A DNA stretch of 64,000 nt. Source: Negaprion brevirostris (Eukaryota). Below the pieces are notes generated by a model. The model saw only the letters and a program-made list of their open reading frames with translations. It did no database searches and was not told the DNA's origin. The position numbers were made by a program, and so were the translations under genes. The stretch lies in NCBI GenBank assembly GCA_030324005.1, contig JARDVH010000143.1:23297578-23361577 (forward strand), given 5' to 3'. Numbering within the stretch: position 1 is the stretch's first letter; each line of letters opens with the position of its first letter. Below are positions 1 to 14,200 of this stretch, piece by piece.

Positions 1-126
1 CCCACCCTGGCCCTACCCCCATATCCCTACAACTTATACCCACCAATCCTTCTAACCTACGCATCCCTGGATACTAAAGGGCAATTTCTTAGCATGGCCA
101 ATCAATCTAACTTGCACATCTTTGGA
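1..126 (-). mobile_element. HE1-type V-SINE fragment
   Basis: Reverse complement of the 'ccaaagatgtgcaagttagattgattggccatgctaa...ttgccc' body seen in other copies in this window. Confidence 0.75.
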
Positions 127-2061
127 ATGAATTCTCTGGCAGGAAGGCCTGTGGATACCTTTCTCTATTGGCCATCAACTGAAGGCTCTTAAGTGGACAG
201 ATAATGGCCAGGGATACGCCATGTGGAGATGTTGGAAACCAATCTAAATGGGTTTGCTTGTGGGCCTCCGGAGTGGGGTGGGGGGGGGGGGTGTTAGAAA
301 TGGGTTAACAGACCTTCCAATTAAATGCTAATTTGATGTCAATTATTCAATAGAAGTTACTGATATAAAAGGGCTACAAGTGGTTCCAATTTGTTGGTAG
401 AGAATTGTGTGAAGTTGGATCTGAGAAACAAAGGTATTTTATGAAGAAGCAGAACTCACGTCTCCTTTATCAAACAGCAACCCAAAGACTCAAATAGGGG
501 AATGTCCTTTGTCCAAAGACATTCTGCACCTGATCAAGGGACCCAATATCGGAAAGGTGGACCTGCTGAAAACAACCACTCCTCCACTTCCCCAACCCTC
601 ATCACATGACCACCACCCCCCACCCACCCCTTCACTCTCTAGTGTCCAAGTTCATTCACAGTCCTAAACCTCAAATGAATGTGGTGCCAGCAGCTGAAAT
701 CACCTCCCCAGCAGTGCTGGTGTTCAATACGGCTAGTGATTTCTGATTGGCTGGCCGCTCATGTTAGGCAAGGCTTCTACCACCCCTTGGGATCCTTGAT
801 CCTGGGGAATGCCCATTCCCGCTTGGTTTCTTCAGTCAGTGGGTGAGATCCCATCTCCTTCTTTATACAACAACCAAGGTGTTTTTAAAGGAAGTTTCAC
901 AGGCATTTTTGATGTAGAGAAGGAGCAAAAAGAATGGAGTAATGTGACTGCTATCACCAGAAATACAATGCATGTTCAACATCACTGAAAATTGTTTCAG
1001 CACTGATTATTAGGCAACAAAGCAAATGTATGAATTTCATGTCAAAGGTGATCATATTTCATTAATTGATTATTATTTTGTATGTCTTAATTTCCTTCCA
1101 AGCCTTAAGCCTAATTAGAAATCTTTACTTTGTTAGCTCAATGTAAACTGCTTAGGTTTTGAATCAGATTGGGTATTGCCTGAAATATAATGAACTAACC
1201 TTGCTGCAACCGTTTTTACACAACACAAATCTGTTTTCTCCTTCTGTGTCAATCAGGGCAAAAAGGTCTATGCTCCACAGAATGTTGATAAGCTAATGCA
1301 GAGCAACAGTTTGTTTCACATGATGAAAATAAACCTTGGTGACTGAGCTGAGCTTTGAAAGCCTGGTCCAGTAGTAAAGAATGGTTTCATCGGAAGTAGA
1401 AAATATCACATTGTTGCATTGGTACATGGTGCACTGAAACTTGAAGAACATAAAACTATACAATACTCCACGATTCATCAGTTGGTACGTCACAGCTCTG
1501 ATAGATGTAACTCCGAATTGGATTGAAAAAAAAAATGTATTGTTGCACTTAGCAAGAAATGATTTTTTTTTAACTAAAGCTGATCAGCAAACATTCGTTA
1601 ACTGGCAGGGCTGGCAATCCTTGGCTTAAAGAATTATTGGCAGGTAGGGCTTTTGCAACTCCTGACTTCATTTTTGTCTAAGAAACCAGAGCAAGAAGTT
1701 ACATCAACCCTTTAATTTAAATTTGCTCCAATCACAGCTGTGCCATGACCTTTAGGCCCAGAGGCACAACAGCATCTGTTTTGGGCTGCTGAATGCCTCT
1801 AAGGGGCTAAGAGCCTGGATTCAACTGAGGAAGTCCAAGAGGACTAGGATTTTGGGCCTCTTTTCTCATTATCATGTACAAGGCCCATACAGATTTGTAC
1901 ATCAATGTCCAGGAAAGTGACTGAATGAGAACATTGGAAGTTGGAGGAATTGCTATGTCTTGGAATGTGATTAGAGGGCTATTGGCTTGACAAAGGAGGT
2001 TGAGATGTTGAAGTGGAAATTTTCCTGCTTCTTGACTGTGATAGAGAGACTCAACAAAGTT

Positions 2062-2530
2062 TGTTCTAACAAAACAACTTATCTTTATTTCCGAAAGACT
2101 GCATGCAGTATTGGCAAAAACTTAAGTTCAGAGAGCCGTCGTTACGATTTGCTAATTCTGCTCTCAAGTCCGCGTTAACACAAAGAGTCAGTTCAGTATT
2201 TATACATAAACATTATCAGTTATTCAGAAATTTGATCAATAAAAGCGTCATAAGCAATGTCATAAATCATGGTACAGCCTGCTGACCTCCTAAAACTCTT
2301 TGTCTCATCAGTCATACATTTATCTTGTCCTTTGTTAGAACAGAAGAAGGTCGCTGACTCCTTCATCCCTGACCTTATCTTGTCTTACTCATACATCTTT
2401 AGGTTATGCGGAGTCAGCCTTATCAGGTCTTGACCTTCTCTGGTCTTATTCATGTCTTAGGTTATGCAGAGTCTGTTTTCCTTATTTTCAACCAAATACT
2501 TGACCAATTTTCCCATCATGCCACTACTTG
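2062..2530 (-). mobile_element. possible solo LTR
   Basis: Minus-strand TATAAA (~2205) lies upstream of AATAAA (~2085), with internal short repeats (ttaggttatgcRgagtc twice, ttatcttgtc twice). Termini and TSD not established. Confidence 0.3.
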
Positions 2531-2729
2531 ATTTGTACAACTTCACAGAGACCTCAGCAGTATCAGTGGCCTTTGAGAATGGTATCAAGCTGGGGAACTA
2601 GGAGATGGTTGGGAAAGAAGATTGAGNNNNNNNNNNNNNNNNNNNNNNNNNNNNNNNNNNNNNNNNNNNNNNNNNNNNNNNNNNNNNNNNNNNNNNNNNN
2701 NNNNNNNNNNNNNNNNNNNNNNNNNNAAT

Positions 2730-3030
2730 ATAGTTGTAGGATATTCAACTGCCAATTTATGCATAGCGGCAAGCTCCCACAAAAGCAATGCTATAATGAC
2801 ACGGTAATCTGTTTTGTGATGGTGATTGAGGGGTAAATTCTTGCCAGAATACCAGGGAGAACTCTCTGCTCAACTTTAAAGTTGTCCCGTGGGATCTTTG
2901 ATCTGAAAGGGCAGATGGAATCATAGTTCAATGGCTTATTCAAAAGGTGGCACCTCTGACAGTGCAGCATGCATTCAGTAATGCACTGGAGTATCAACCT
3001 TGATTTTTATGCTGAACACCTGGAATGGTG
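2730..3030 (-). mobile_element. Deu-domain SINE (SacSINE1/AmnSINE1-like) relic
   Basis: Reverse strand reads 'ctccagtgcattactgaatgcatgctgcactgtcagaggtgcc...aagatccc...gggagcttgccgc', resembling the Deu domain. More degraded copies at ~42010-42190, ~48970-49140 and ~52975-53090. Confidence 0.7.
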
Positions 3031-3733
3031 TTAGAGCACATACAGGCGATATTAGTATCGAGATTCTAAGTGCTGAACAAGCGTGAAAACAGGAGAAGAT
3101 TGGGCAAGCTCAAAGAAAAAGTGGCGCCTTTTTTTTGGTACCAGTCTGGCAGTGCCTGGCTGGCACTGCCCAAGGGGCATTGCCCACCCTGCCCTGACAA
3201 TCGGGGGAGGGGTTTCTCAATGGCCTACGATATCCCTGNNNNNNNNNNNNNNNNNNNNNNNNNNNNNNNNNNNNNNNNNNNNNNNNNNNNNNNNNNNNNN
3301 NNNNNNNNNNNNNNNNNNNNNNNNNNNNNNNNNNNNNNNNNNNNNNNNNNNNNNNNNNNNNNNNNNNNNNNNNNNNNNNNNNNNNNNNNNNNNNNNNNNN
3401 NNNNNNNNNNNNNNNNNNNNNNNNNNNNNNNNNNNNNNNNNNNNNNNNNNNNNNNNNNNNNNNNNNNNNNNNNNNNNNNNNNNNNNNNNNNNNNNNNNNN
3501 NNNNNNNNNAGTCAGAGTTGTTGCATGTTGTCTGTTCAGTCAGTCTCCTGAAGAAGTTCTGTGCTTAGTTTGATTGAACCTTCAGTTTGGATTTCCTGGC
3601 CGTGCTCACCCCAAGACTGGAAAATCCTGTCCCAGGTCAATGGACCTTTGCATGTTCCTGTCCTGCCCGCTATGATTCCCATGGCAGGCGGGAGTCAAAA
3701 ATTCTGCCCTAAGTATTTATTGATAACACGTTT

Positions 3734-3975
3734 GGTGGCACAGTGGCATAGTGGTTAGTACTGCTGTCTCACAACACCAGGGACCCATGTTCAACTCTGG
3801 TCTTGAGTCACTGTGTGGAATTTGCACATTCTCCCTGTGTCTGTGTGGGTTTCCTTTGGGTGCTCCGGTTTCCTCCCATACTCCTCCAGTTGCCCACACT
3901 CCAAAGATGTGCGAGTTAGTTTGATTGGCCACGCTAAATTGCCCTTAGTGTCAGGGGGATGAGCAAGGGTGGTGT
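3734..3975 (+). mobile_element. HE1-type V-SINE
   Basis: tRNA-like head (tggcatagtggttag...gttcaactc) followed by the V-domain 'gggtgctccggtttcctccca'. Confidence 0.9.
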
Positions 3976-5935
3976 TACAAGCGTCTATGTCCAATCCACA
4001 ATTCTCTCTACTCTCAGATCATGTCGTTCTTGTGGGCAATAGTTTCCCAGTCCCATGTTAACCCTTATTATGCCAGATATGTTTATATTTCTAATTTTTA
4101 ATTCTATGCTGCTTAGTTGTTTTTCCCAGAGGCAATCAGCATTGAGGTTGTTTGTAGACACAAGGAGGGAGCAGAAACAGATGTTAAGCCTCATATTTAC
4201 ATTTTTAATGTTCTGAAGTCTGTTTTTGACATGGATAAAAGCTTGGAGTTAGCAAAATGACATCTGGTAAGGCTCATGCCATAAGTGTGTGTGTGTGTTT
4301 GAGAGAGACACACAATTGCCATTTTGGTAGCATAACTGCATCCATACTAACAAAAACCTGGGTGCTATGAAGCCAAATTTCTACCTTTCTATCAAAATTT
4401 TCCTTCCACAAACTCTGTGCAATGAAATAATACAATGCCTTTATTTCATAAATATATGGATGCGATCTTACAAAAAAATTTCTAAATGCCAAACAAGCGA
4501 GGAAATGGGAGAGAATGGCATTGTTTCTTCCAGTGAGCTGTAAGACACAATCTAATGCAAAAAATCTTACTTAGCACAAAAAAAAGCCCCATTGTGGTTC
4601 TCGCCTGTGGGGGTGTGTGGCATGGAGCTCAAGTGTGTTGGTGAAGCCAGCTGAAGTTCATTGATATCATTGATATTTAAATTGGCTTCGTGCTGAAGTC
4701 GATTGCGCTGGCAAAACAGGGCCAGGAAGATGGCTTTCAGTCCAAGACTGGTCTGTGTCCGGTGTGAAAGCCTTTCACGCAATCTTGCTGCGCCAGCGCT
4801 GTGGACCAGAAAGATCACACCCATGTTTAAAAAGTCAATAATAACCAAACACAAAAGGCCATCAAACATTGACAAGATCAGATTTGGTGCACTGTTTAAA
4901 GCCTGTGACAAGGTATTGTGAGGAGGTTAGTTTCTGGATTAATAGTCTAGCGGTAATACCACTTGGGCATAGACTCCCCTGATCATTAATCATTGTGTTG
5001 ATAAGTTCAGCGTAAAGCAAGCACTTGTCATTCCAGGTTGATCTTAAGCACTATTAATTGGTGCTTAATTGGGCATCACCAGAAATTTACTGGCAAATAT
5101 TTGGGAGCAAGTCACTCCTATTCCAGCCAAGAAAGATGACTGTCAGAGAAAACCTGAAATTAACATTGTTTATCCATTTTATTCAAAGTCAAGTCACTTA
5201 CACAGAAAAGATGTGTGTTGGTATTGAGATCAATGAGCTCTAGTATCAATGAGTTATCATTGCTAAAATGACAACATTTTTTATATTTGTCTTGTTGAAA
5301 TCGATGATGTCAGGTCTGTTGTTTGTTCAGTTGAAGTTGATTGGCTGTAATATTTCACCTTTGCCTGTATAGTTTGTCTTGCAAATTTTAACAAGACCCC
5401 GGGGATCTATTTATGAACATTGTTGTCTGTTTTGAATACCTTCTTCTCATCAGCTGAGATTCAACCCTTTCAACGAAAGCGCGATTGCTTAATTAATCAT
5501 TCCATGGCAACAAATTAAAAATGTGGAGTTCAATAGTAGGCACTGATAAAATGTTATGTGACAGGAAGATAGAACATCTTGTTACTAAGTAAGATTTGCT
5601 TCCATAATAAGGAATGACTTGCATTCAGATGTGATATATAATCTGAATTTTAAGCTTTAGTAAAAATTTTCCTGCAATTAAAAGATTGCTGGGCTATGGC
5701 CCAAATAACCATTAGATGCATAAAGAGAAGCTCTCCGTCAGGTTCAACATCAGGACAGGGGCCCAGAATTCAGTGTAAAATTAAGCCTGTAGGCATAGAG
5801 ATTTGGTGCAATGAGCTTAAACATTATGTTAATAAATTCTTTATTGGATTTCATACAGTTGAAATTCCAAAGGTTGCGCTGTATGAGTAGAAATGAGGAT
5901 CTGCAGGAAGCAAGTGCACCTATTCTTGTCAACTC

Positions 5936-7640
5936 TGGCCACGATTTTCTACTCCCATTAGAGTTGGGTGGGTTCAGTGAGAGGAGCGGAAAATATCATG
6001 AGAAGGCCAAAGTCACATTTGACATCAGTTTGAATACTTGCTGTGATCGCCCCCTGTAATATTATCCACGGACTATGTCATACACTGTGGTCACTTGAGT
6101 GCACCCTCCACAACTTGACAATACAACAGGGGGAGGAACTGCCTGAAACAGAGATGGAGGTGTGACATGTTTCCTCCAAAGAGTAAGATGTCGAAGGAGA
6201 TGCGGCTAAGGAGGTTTGCGAGGAAGTCAGTCACTAGGTAATACTGATGTCGAGATGAAACAGACAAGCTCACGGCCATTGGGCTCATGGAGGGTGATCA
6301 GGTCATCCCATTATCTTTACCGGCTTCTGTAAGCATTGGTCTCCAGACTGACTGATGGCAGTGCACACTCTCTGTGATCAGGCTCCTGTCATGGGAATGC
6401 ACCGGTTGTCTTAGTCCCTATATTCCAGGAGGATGATGATGACTTGCAATGGGAACGGTGCATACATCATCACAGAGCTTCTGTCTGTCTCCCGTGTGCC
6501 TGATGGCAGCTCACTTGCTCTCAATGACTGTGGTTGTATCTTGGTGATGCACTGAGGAAAGTTACACCTCTCCTGATCTAATGTCTTCCTTTTTTGAGCT
6601 GTACCCTTGAGGTTCAGTGTCACCAGGGGCTGAGGCAGATGGGTAGGGGGACCAGCCACACCTCAAGGGTGCAGAGAGCACCCTTTGACAGTGACTGGAA
6701 TGAGTGACACCAGGCCTCTACATTGTGGGAGGCATCCTCTTCCTGCCTCATCCTGCAGCACTGCAGAAAAAAAAAGTCTTGCACCAAGGTCTCCATGGTA
6801 GCCACCATACTATCTCTGTTGTCCTCATTGCTTTGCAATATTGGTCACCTCAGACATAAAGCAGGTGGACTCCTCCATGCTGCCTTTCAATCCAAGCAAT
6901 GTACCAGATATCCCTTCCTGATTTTCATGAGTTTCCCTTTGAAGCTCCAGCAATTGATGCATGACTCGGTGTAGAGGCATACGTCTGAGTGGGAGTCAGC
7001 AATCCCTTACCTCCAACAATTCTCCCAAGTGCCAGCACCCTGTCTCTGTCTGCTCTGGATCTGAAACTGCGCCCACCAGATTGTGACCTCGAGGCCATTC
7101 CGCAACTTGGTCCTACTAAGGTGTGTGTGTGTGTGTCTGTGCTGGTGGAGGGCATGAGTGAACACTATGACAGTTCTTCTATGTCAGGATCTGTGGTGAG
7201 GACATGATCCTCAAAGAAGATGAATATGCATGTGGGATACTGAGTGGTGGTGTCCCTTGAGCTGGCAGTGAGTGAGATCCCTGTGGATGTGCAATGGGTG
7301 TGAGAGTTGAGAGTGATGAGATGAGTGACTTACCTTGACAGAGCGGAGGAGATCATTCAGTTTCTTCCTGCACAGGATGGCTGTTGACAAAGTGTTGACA
7401 TTCACAACTGCTGCCACCACTTCCATGCTGGGTTGTTGACCAAGCTGCCTTGAGTATGGGTTGATAAAGTCACAGCAAGCCTCAATTCCATCAATCTTCA
7501 GGGAGGCATCAGAGAATTTCAGGGCAGATTTCCTGGCAGCCATTACTTCCTCGTGACCTGCAAAGTGTGGCTGGTGTGAACTGGAGTGGCCTTTAAATAT
7601 AGCACTGGAGCTTTACCAATTTCTGGAAAAACCTCTGACC
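5936..7640 (-). mobile_element. decayed PIF/Harbinger element carrying the Myb/SANT-like gene
   Basis: ORF 7543 to 7334 (MAARKSALKFSDASL...VAAVVNVN...CRKKLNDLLRSVK) resembles Harbinger Myb/SANT proteins. It ends at a perfect AAG|GTAAGT donor and has TATTTAAA ~50 bp upstream. GC-richer than its flanks; boundaries approximate. Confidence 0.65.
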
Positions 7641-8097
7641 AAATTGTTGGGGAAGGGTCACTAATAAGTAAGGGACAAATCATTGACATCATCAAGATCT
7701 GATCTTTTAAAATGAAACAACCTATATTTGTCTGCCTGATTAAACAGCTTGGGGTTGGTTAAAGCCTTTCCTCAAGTCTCAACAGAACAGCCCACAAAGA
7801 ATATGAATAGCAATCCATGTTTGCTAAGAGTAGTTTGTTATACGTAATACTTATTTCAGATGAAAGCTGTTGACAACGTAAAAGGAAATAGGAAAAATGC
7901 TGATGAAATCTCCTAAGCACTTTAATTGAAATTTGTTTTGTTACAGATCTTAAAATAACATTTATGGCTATTTATGACAAATGACAATTTTAAATTTTTT
8001 ACAATAAATGTTGAAAAAGTTATGAATGTCATGAAAGATGTTAAAATATTATTATAACTGCTCTTTCATCATTATAGGTGTCTAAATCAGTAAATAG

Positions 8098-8177
8098 AAA
8101 CATAGAATCTCTACAGCGCAGAAGGAGGCCATTCAGTCCATCAAGCTGCACTGACAACAATCCCACCCAGGTCTATC
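8098..8177 (-). mobile_element. 3' tail of an HE1-type SINE running into an assembly gap
   Basis: catagaatctctacagcgcagaaggaggccattc is the reverse complement of the tail at 18030-18069. Confidence 0.75.
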
Positions 8178-9419
8178 NNNNNNNNNNNNNNNNNNNNNNN
8201 NNNNNNNNNNNNNNNNNNNNNNNNNNNNNNNNNNNNNNNNNNNNNNNNNNNNNNNNNNNNNNNNNNNNNNNNNNNNNNNNNNNNNNNNNNNNNNNNNNNN
8301 NNNNNNNNNNNNNNNNNNNNNNNNNNNNNNNNNNNNNNNNNNNNNNNNNNNNNNNNNNNNNNNNNNNNNNNNNNNNNNNNNNNNNNNNNNNNNNNNNNNN
8401 NNNNNNNNNNNNNNNNNNNNNNNNNNNNNNNNNNNNNNNNNNNNNNNNNNNNNNNNNNNNNNNNNNNNNNNNNNNNNNNNNNNNNNNNNNNNNNNNNNNN
8501 NNNNNNNNNNNNNNNNNNNNNNNNNNNNNNNNNNNNNNNNNNNNNNNNNNNNNNNNNNNNNNNNNNNNNNNNNNNNNNNNNNNNNNNNNNNNNNNNNNNN
8601 NNNNNNNNNNNNNNNNNNNNNNNNNNNNNNNNNNNNNNNNNNNNNNNNNNNNNNNNNNNNNNNNNNNNNNNNNNNNNNNNNNNNNNNNNNNNNNNNNNNN
8701 NNNNNNNNNNNNNNNNNNNNNNNNNNNNTGTATTAAATAGTGACAATGCAGATGAATTCTGTAGAATCAATAACGATGACCTCATTCAAAACAACACGCA
8801 TCAACAACCAAATTAAACAATTCAGACCGTTGAGCAGAAACATGAATGAGAGGCAGAAAGCCACAGCTGGGATCAGTGAAAGCAGTCCCTGGCACTAGAT
8901 ACAAGATTAAGGCTTTGATGGGATTTCAAGAGATGGGCAATGTGAGAAAAAAAGGGCCACAGACCCTGAGAGGAGAGCGGAGTAAGAACAAAAGGGTCAC
9001 AATCAGATTATCAAGAAAGGAAGAGAAAAAAATGGAGTAATGATCAGGCAGCGGTAGGCCAAAGACTTACTTGGGAGACCTGGGTGAATAAAGCTGCTTC
9101 TTCGAAGTTCACAAGTATTAAAAGAAGTGGATGTTCAGCATTTACCTTGGCCATTCGGCACTGCCCACCCCATAGTCTGGATCACCACCTCATATTTAAG
9201 TCGTCTCAAAATGTTGTGACATTTGAATGCTAATTTGGTTCCCACCTGCCTTTTTGTGAGCTTTGTTGATAGTCTGATTTCTGTTAAATTTCAAAAGTCC
9301 TGAAGGAGGTCTGGTTGGGATGGGTTGTTCAATCTGATATTTTAATTTACACCCCCCCGCCCCTCTCCTTTCACCCCTCATCAACAATCTATTGTCTGTT
9401 TTGGGGGAAACAGTATGAG

Positions 9420-9720
9420 ATGTCGTGGTTAAAATTGAGGTCGCTGTCTCTGAGCCATATTGACCAAGAAGGCTTCAAGTTCAATCCCCAATCTGTACAT
9501 ATTTCGTTAATCGTAACCAGGAATAGGACGACCACATTTTGCGAATAGTCCATGAGCTATGGAAGGATGAATTGTCCTGGATGCACAGTGTTGGTTGCTG
9601 TACAGTGAACTATCTGTGCATGGATTCCATGGCAGATGCTCTGCTGTGATTATGTTAGCATTTTCTCTTGAGACTTACGAATGCAAGAAACTATCTTGAG
9701 GGTTCATTATGAACTATTTT
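9420..9720 (+). mobile_element. ancient tRNA-derived SINE relic (related copy at ~52115-52470)
   Basis: B-box-like 'gttcaatccc' and loose similarity to 52150-52350 (gaccaRgaRgg...ttcaat...ctgtgat). Confidence 0.4.
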
Positions 9721-12344
9721 GGTAATAAATTGTATGAAATTCGGTCCTTTCTCCATGTAGAGTTCATCCTTTAAAAGCAGAATATTTTTATCTTAATTGA
9801 TGTAGCTGTTCCATAAATGCATTGATCCATTTCAACAGCTGTGAAACTATGGCAACACAGATCCAAGGACAAATCCTGTGGGTTGGATGTTGGTCTCACT
9901 GGCTTGTTTGTTCCAGGTATTTTTCTTCATTGACAGTAAGATTTTCTGAAGTTGACACAAGAAGTGCCTAACTAGAGGAACTGAAAAAATGGGAAAACAA
10001 TAAATTATTTGGGAGACCTTTAAAAATGTAATTCAGTCATATTAGTAAATGTCAGTGATATACTCCTAATCTATCAGATACCATTGTGCAGATTCTGACC
10101 ATTTAGGTCAGTTTGCATGGAGGACAACATAATGTGTCTAGTTGGGCAGAGATACACTTCTGTAAAAGGTGCAAATTACAATCCGTTCTGTAAATTACAA
10201 TCTGTTCTTTATGCCAACTGCACACGTACAAACTGCTTTACCTCCATCAAACTGTGCCAGGGGTGCAAAGCTTTCACTGTGAGGAGATACCAGAGCAACT
10301 GGCATGGCTTCTAGTGCCCAGCGAGTGTGTGACAAAAGGGCAGAAAATTTCTTGCCAACAGAGCAAAGTGAGAGTTAGGAGAAATTTTCCCACATCCAGT
10401 GCTGAAACAGTGGAGGTAACAGTGTCCCAAGGATCCCTTTAAAGGGTAAATGGATAAATGTCTGACAAAGATAATGGGGGAAAATGGCATAGAAACGTGA
10501 CAATGCATACGACACCTTCAAAGATGCAGTCACTGATACAATGGGTGATTAGTTTCCTTTAATTCTGAAAACTTCCATTATTCTAGTAGCTTAGGTAATG
10601 GATCAGTTGCTGCGATTACAAAATAGAGCATTAATTCATCTGTGAATTGTCCCATTTGATGTTTTCTTGCAAAAATCATAACATTGAATATATTTACACA
10701 ATGTCTTCACCAGCAAACATTGCAGCTTTTCTTTCCTCACTATTGCCATCTATTGCAAGGGAAGCCATTTCAAAATTATGATTATTTTGAAATTAATTTG
10801 GTTTAATTTAATATNNNNNNNNNNNNNNNNNNNNNNNNNNNNNNNNNNNNNNNNNNNNNNNNNNNNNNNNNNNNNNNNNNNNNNNNNNNNNNNNNNNNNN
10901 NNNNNCAGAATGGGTGGACAGCTGAAATCCAGTTAACTAAACACTGAAAAAAATGATACACTGGCCTTGTGGAAGTGATCTATTTGTATTGCTCAATTTT
11001 TATGTCAAATTATGAATTCACATAAAAAAGTGCTCTATAATTTATTAATGTGTCAAATTCTGGAAAGGACAGCCTTTCTTGGGTAAATGAAGAAAATAAC
11101 ATTATGCAAAATGATTTCAGGTTTTTATCCAAAGCCATGGACTTTATTGTCCCTTAAAATGTGAAGTCATGTGTAAATTCTTGGCATCATTCACACTGAG
11201 AGGATTAACAAACCCCTGAACTCACACTGGGTCAGAGGCCTGGTGTGTGAAATGTCCTTTCATTTCCTCAGCTCTCATTGGGACTTTGGAGATATTAAAG
11301 TGCTTGTTTCAACACTTTCTCAGAAACACACAAAGCTTAACTTAGCTTAGGACAGCAAAACCAGAGTGGTCAACTGATCAAAACAAAATGTTTTCAGGAC
11401 AATAATGTATTCTTCCTTGGATGTCTGTGATACGACTATGTGCATTTTACAAACTAGTTGTCTATTTTCCACATCAAACCTTGAATAAAGTTATTCTGGA
11501 TCATTTTATATCTGCATTATGTGACGAACTTAATTTCTAGTTTAAAGTATTTGATGTTAACAGCTTGCAAACAAGTTAATGAAATGAGCTTTTCTGAGTT
11601 CATGACATTTGTAAACAAGGCATTTGTACTGTCCATTGGCACCATCAGTAAATCTATCATGTATTGTATTGTAATGTCCAGAGAGATTTAATCCTTCATC
11701 TGTGCTGTGTTCCCTCCCTTTTTGAACTATGTTTCATGCCAGCTGCAAGCTGAATGGATTTGTTTATAGATATAGATATAGCGTTGCTGACTTATGCACT
11801 GCTTTCCCAGCCCTTGGGGAGATAATGGTGGTTGGCAATTTAATTGTGAATTGTGACTAAAAAACAGCATCCAAGCTAGGAATTAACATCGCACATAAAG
11901 GATTTCCACAATTATAAGTGACCTTAGGTTGGTCTGGCATTATAGCTTTATATTATTCTAAATGCACTATTTTAAAGATAAGATTAAATAATAATGCACA
12001 AAGCTTGATTCTTCGTGCTCCTGATTCATCTAATATTAATTTACAAATAACTATGACCTAAACTGAACCAATCTGTCACATCCACATTATGGATACAATC
12101 AGTCATAAGCATTGTCCCATGGTCAATGTATTTTGCTTATAAGTTATCATTGTTACTATTTAATTGGCACACTCTCATTTTTAATGCTGAGTTTTCATAT
12201 CTGATGCACACATTAAAATATTTAAAATGCTTGTACACAATTGATTTATGCCACATGGCTTAAAACATGAATTATCAGGAATACTATAAGGACATTATGG
12301 TCTGAGAGAACACAAGTTCTCTTTCACGTTCTCTTCAGTTTTAA

Positions 12345-12690
12345 AAAAAATCATTCTTTCATGGGATATGAGTGTCACTGGCAAGGCCAGTATTTATTGT
12401 CCATCCTTAATTTCCCTTGAACTCTGTGGCTGGCTAGACCATTTCAGAGTCAAGCACATTGCTATGGATTGGGAGTCATACGTAGGCCACACCGGGTAAG
12501 AACAGCAGTCTCCTTCCCTAAAGGACATTAGTGAACCAGATGATTTTTTATGATGGCCACCATTACTGAGAGCAGCTTTCAATTCCAGATTTACTAACTG
12601 AATTTAAATTCCACCAGCTACCGTGGTGGGATCTGGACTTGTGATCCCAGAGCATTAGCTTGGGTCTCTGAATTATTAGGCCAGGTGCTT
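12345..12690 (-). mobile_element. tRNA-derived SINE sharing its 3' tail with the CR1-like LINE at 43640-44880
   Basis: Reverse strand reads 'tctggttcactaatgtcctttagggaagga...aagggaaattaaggatggacaataaatactggccttgccagtgac'. Same family as 34843-35165. Confidence 0.8.
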
Positions 12691-13369
12691 TAAAGGATGA
12701 TGGTGATGTAGCAGTAAGGCCCCAGATCAGAGTTTCAATGTAAAAAAATTCCAGGCATCATTATCTCCCAATAGAGATGGGTGGAAATCAGATGGCGACG
12801 GACTCATCAGATTTCGACTGCATGTCTTTATTGATGGATGGGAACAGTGACAGTCATCTAATAGCAAACAATGTTTCTTTCTTATTAACTGAAGATAAAT
12901 ATACTAACAGCAAAGAGTGATGTGATTGCACCTACCCTTAATTGAATGAGTACTATTATCAACAGAAAACTTCTGTTAGTTAGTGTGAAGAAGGTGACTA
13001 CCACAAGCTCATATAACATTTTATCTGGGCATGCTTAAAATTTATATTCAATATTCTGAGTCTGGTTATTTCATTAAGATGGTCTGTGTAGATTACTTTG
13101 AAATTATATGCTAAAACATTCTGCTTCCCATTAACTAGTTCACCTTAGCTTCCATTTGCGCTAAACTATAGGGAATGCAACTTCAGGACACGATGGGCTC
13201 AGCTGAGATTTTTGGATGGCTGAACGAATTGACTCTGGAAAGGCAGGGTCTGCTACAGGTGCCACACATGATGTTGTCCTTTGGCCGGTTGTATGAAATA
13301 CCCTCTGCTGATTCTTTATTTGCAGGTCTGGCAGCTGCTTTTCGGAGCTTCAAAAATCACATGTCATAG

Positions 13370-14200
13370 TGATGGCAAATTCCTGCCCACAACTGGTGTT
13401 GCCATTTGCATTGCTCATCACTTCCAATTTCCCACTTGTCATGATTGATGTTGAGGGATTTCATATCTCATTTGATCTGAGCTTTAGATGCCTTGATTGT
13501 CTCTTGCCACAGACTATGTTCCCATACAACATATTCTTGGGAATGTGGCCACCTTCTATCCTGCAAGCCCAAGCCAGCAAAGTCTTTTTTGTTTGATTAT
13601 TGGTAGCATGCTTACCTTAGAAAAAGCTGCTTCTTTGGCGATTTTGTCTTTCCATGTGGTGCTGAAGGTAGATACAAGCGATGGAAGTTGTTGAGCTTTT
13701 TTCCTGGCTAAGTGTAGGTTGTCTGCGCTTCACTTTTATACAGCAGTATGCTGAAGATACAACTTAGGCCGGAGGATCAGTTTGTTGTTTTTCCAAGCCT
13801 GTTTTGTTACAAAATTGATAGCTGCTTTTCCAATGTATGTGCTGGATTCTCATCAGGAGACAGGTTGTCTGTCATCATAGATCCAAGGTAGTAAAATTTG
13901 CTGGCTGCTTTCAGTGGAGCGATGTTGTGTCTGATCCCAGGTGGAGATACAACATGCTGGCCCCTAATTACTATTTTCTCGACACTGATGGTGAGGAAGA
14001 ACATGACAGCATTGGGCAAACAATCCATGAGCCTTTGGAGTTGGATTTCAGTTTGGACAACTAGTGCAGGATCTTCAGCATATAAATAGGACATGCTGCA
14101 CTGCTGTATTGGCCTCCAGCCTTGATAGGCTCAGGAGTTTCTCATCTGACTGTGTGTGGAGCTACATTCCTTTCAGAATGGCAGGAGAAGCATATAGGTC
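13370..14200 (-). mobile_element. RTE-clade LINE, decayed RT region
   Basis: Frame LYAEDPALVVQTEIQLQRLMDCL...LTISVEK...KFYYLGS is a degenerate YADD RT motif with RTE-like flanks. Confidence 0.85.

Noticed and set aside
9146-9245. Minus-strand segment bounded by cag| and |gtaaat
   Set aside because: Purine-rich acceptor, no partner exons, and it lies in degraded repeat-like sequence.
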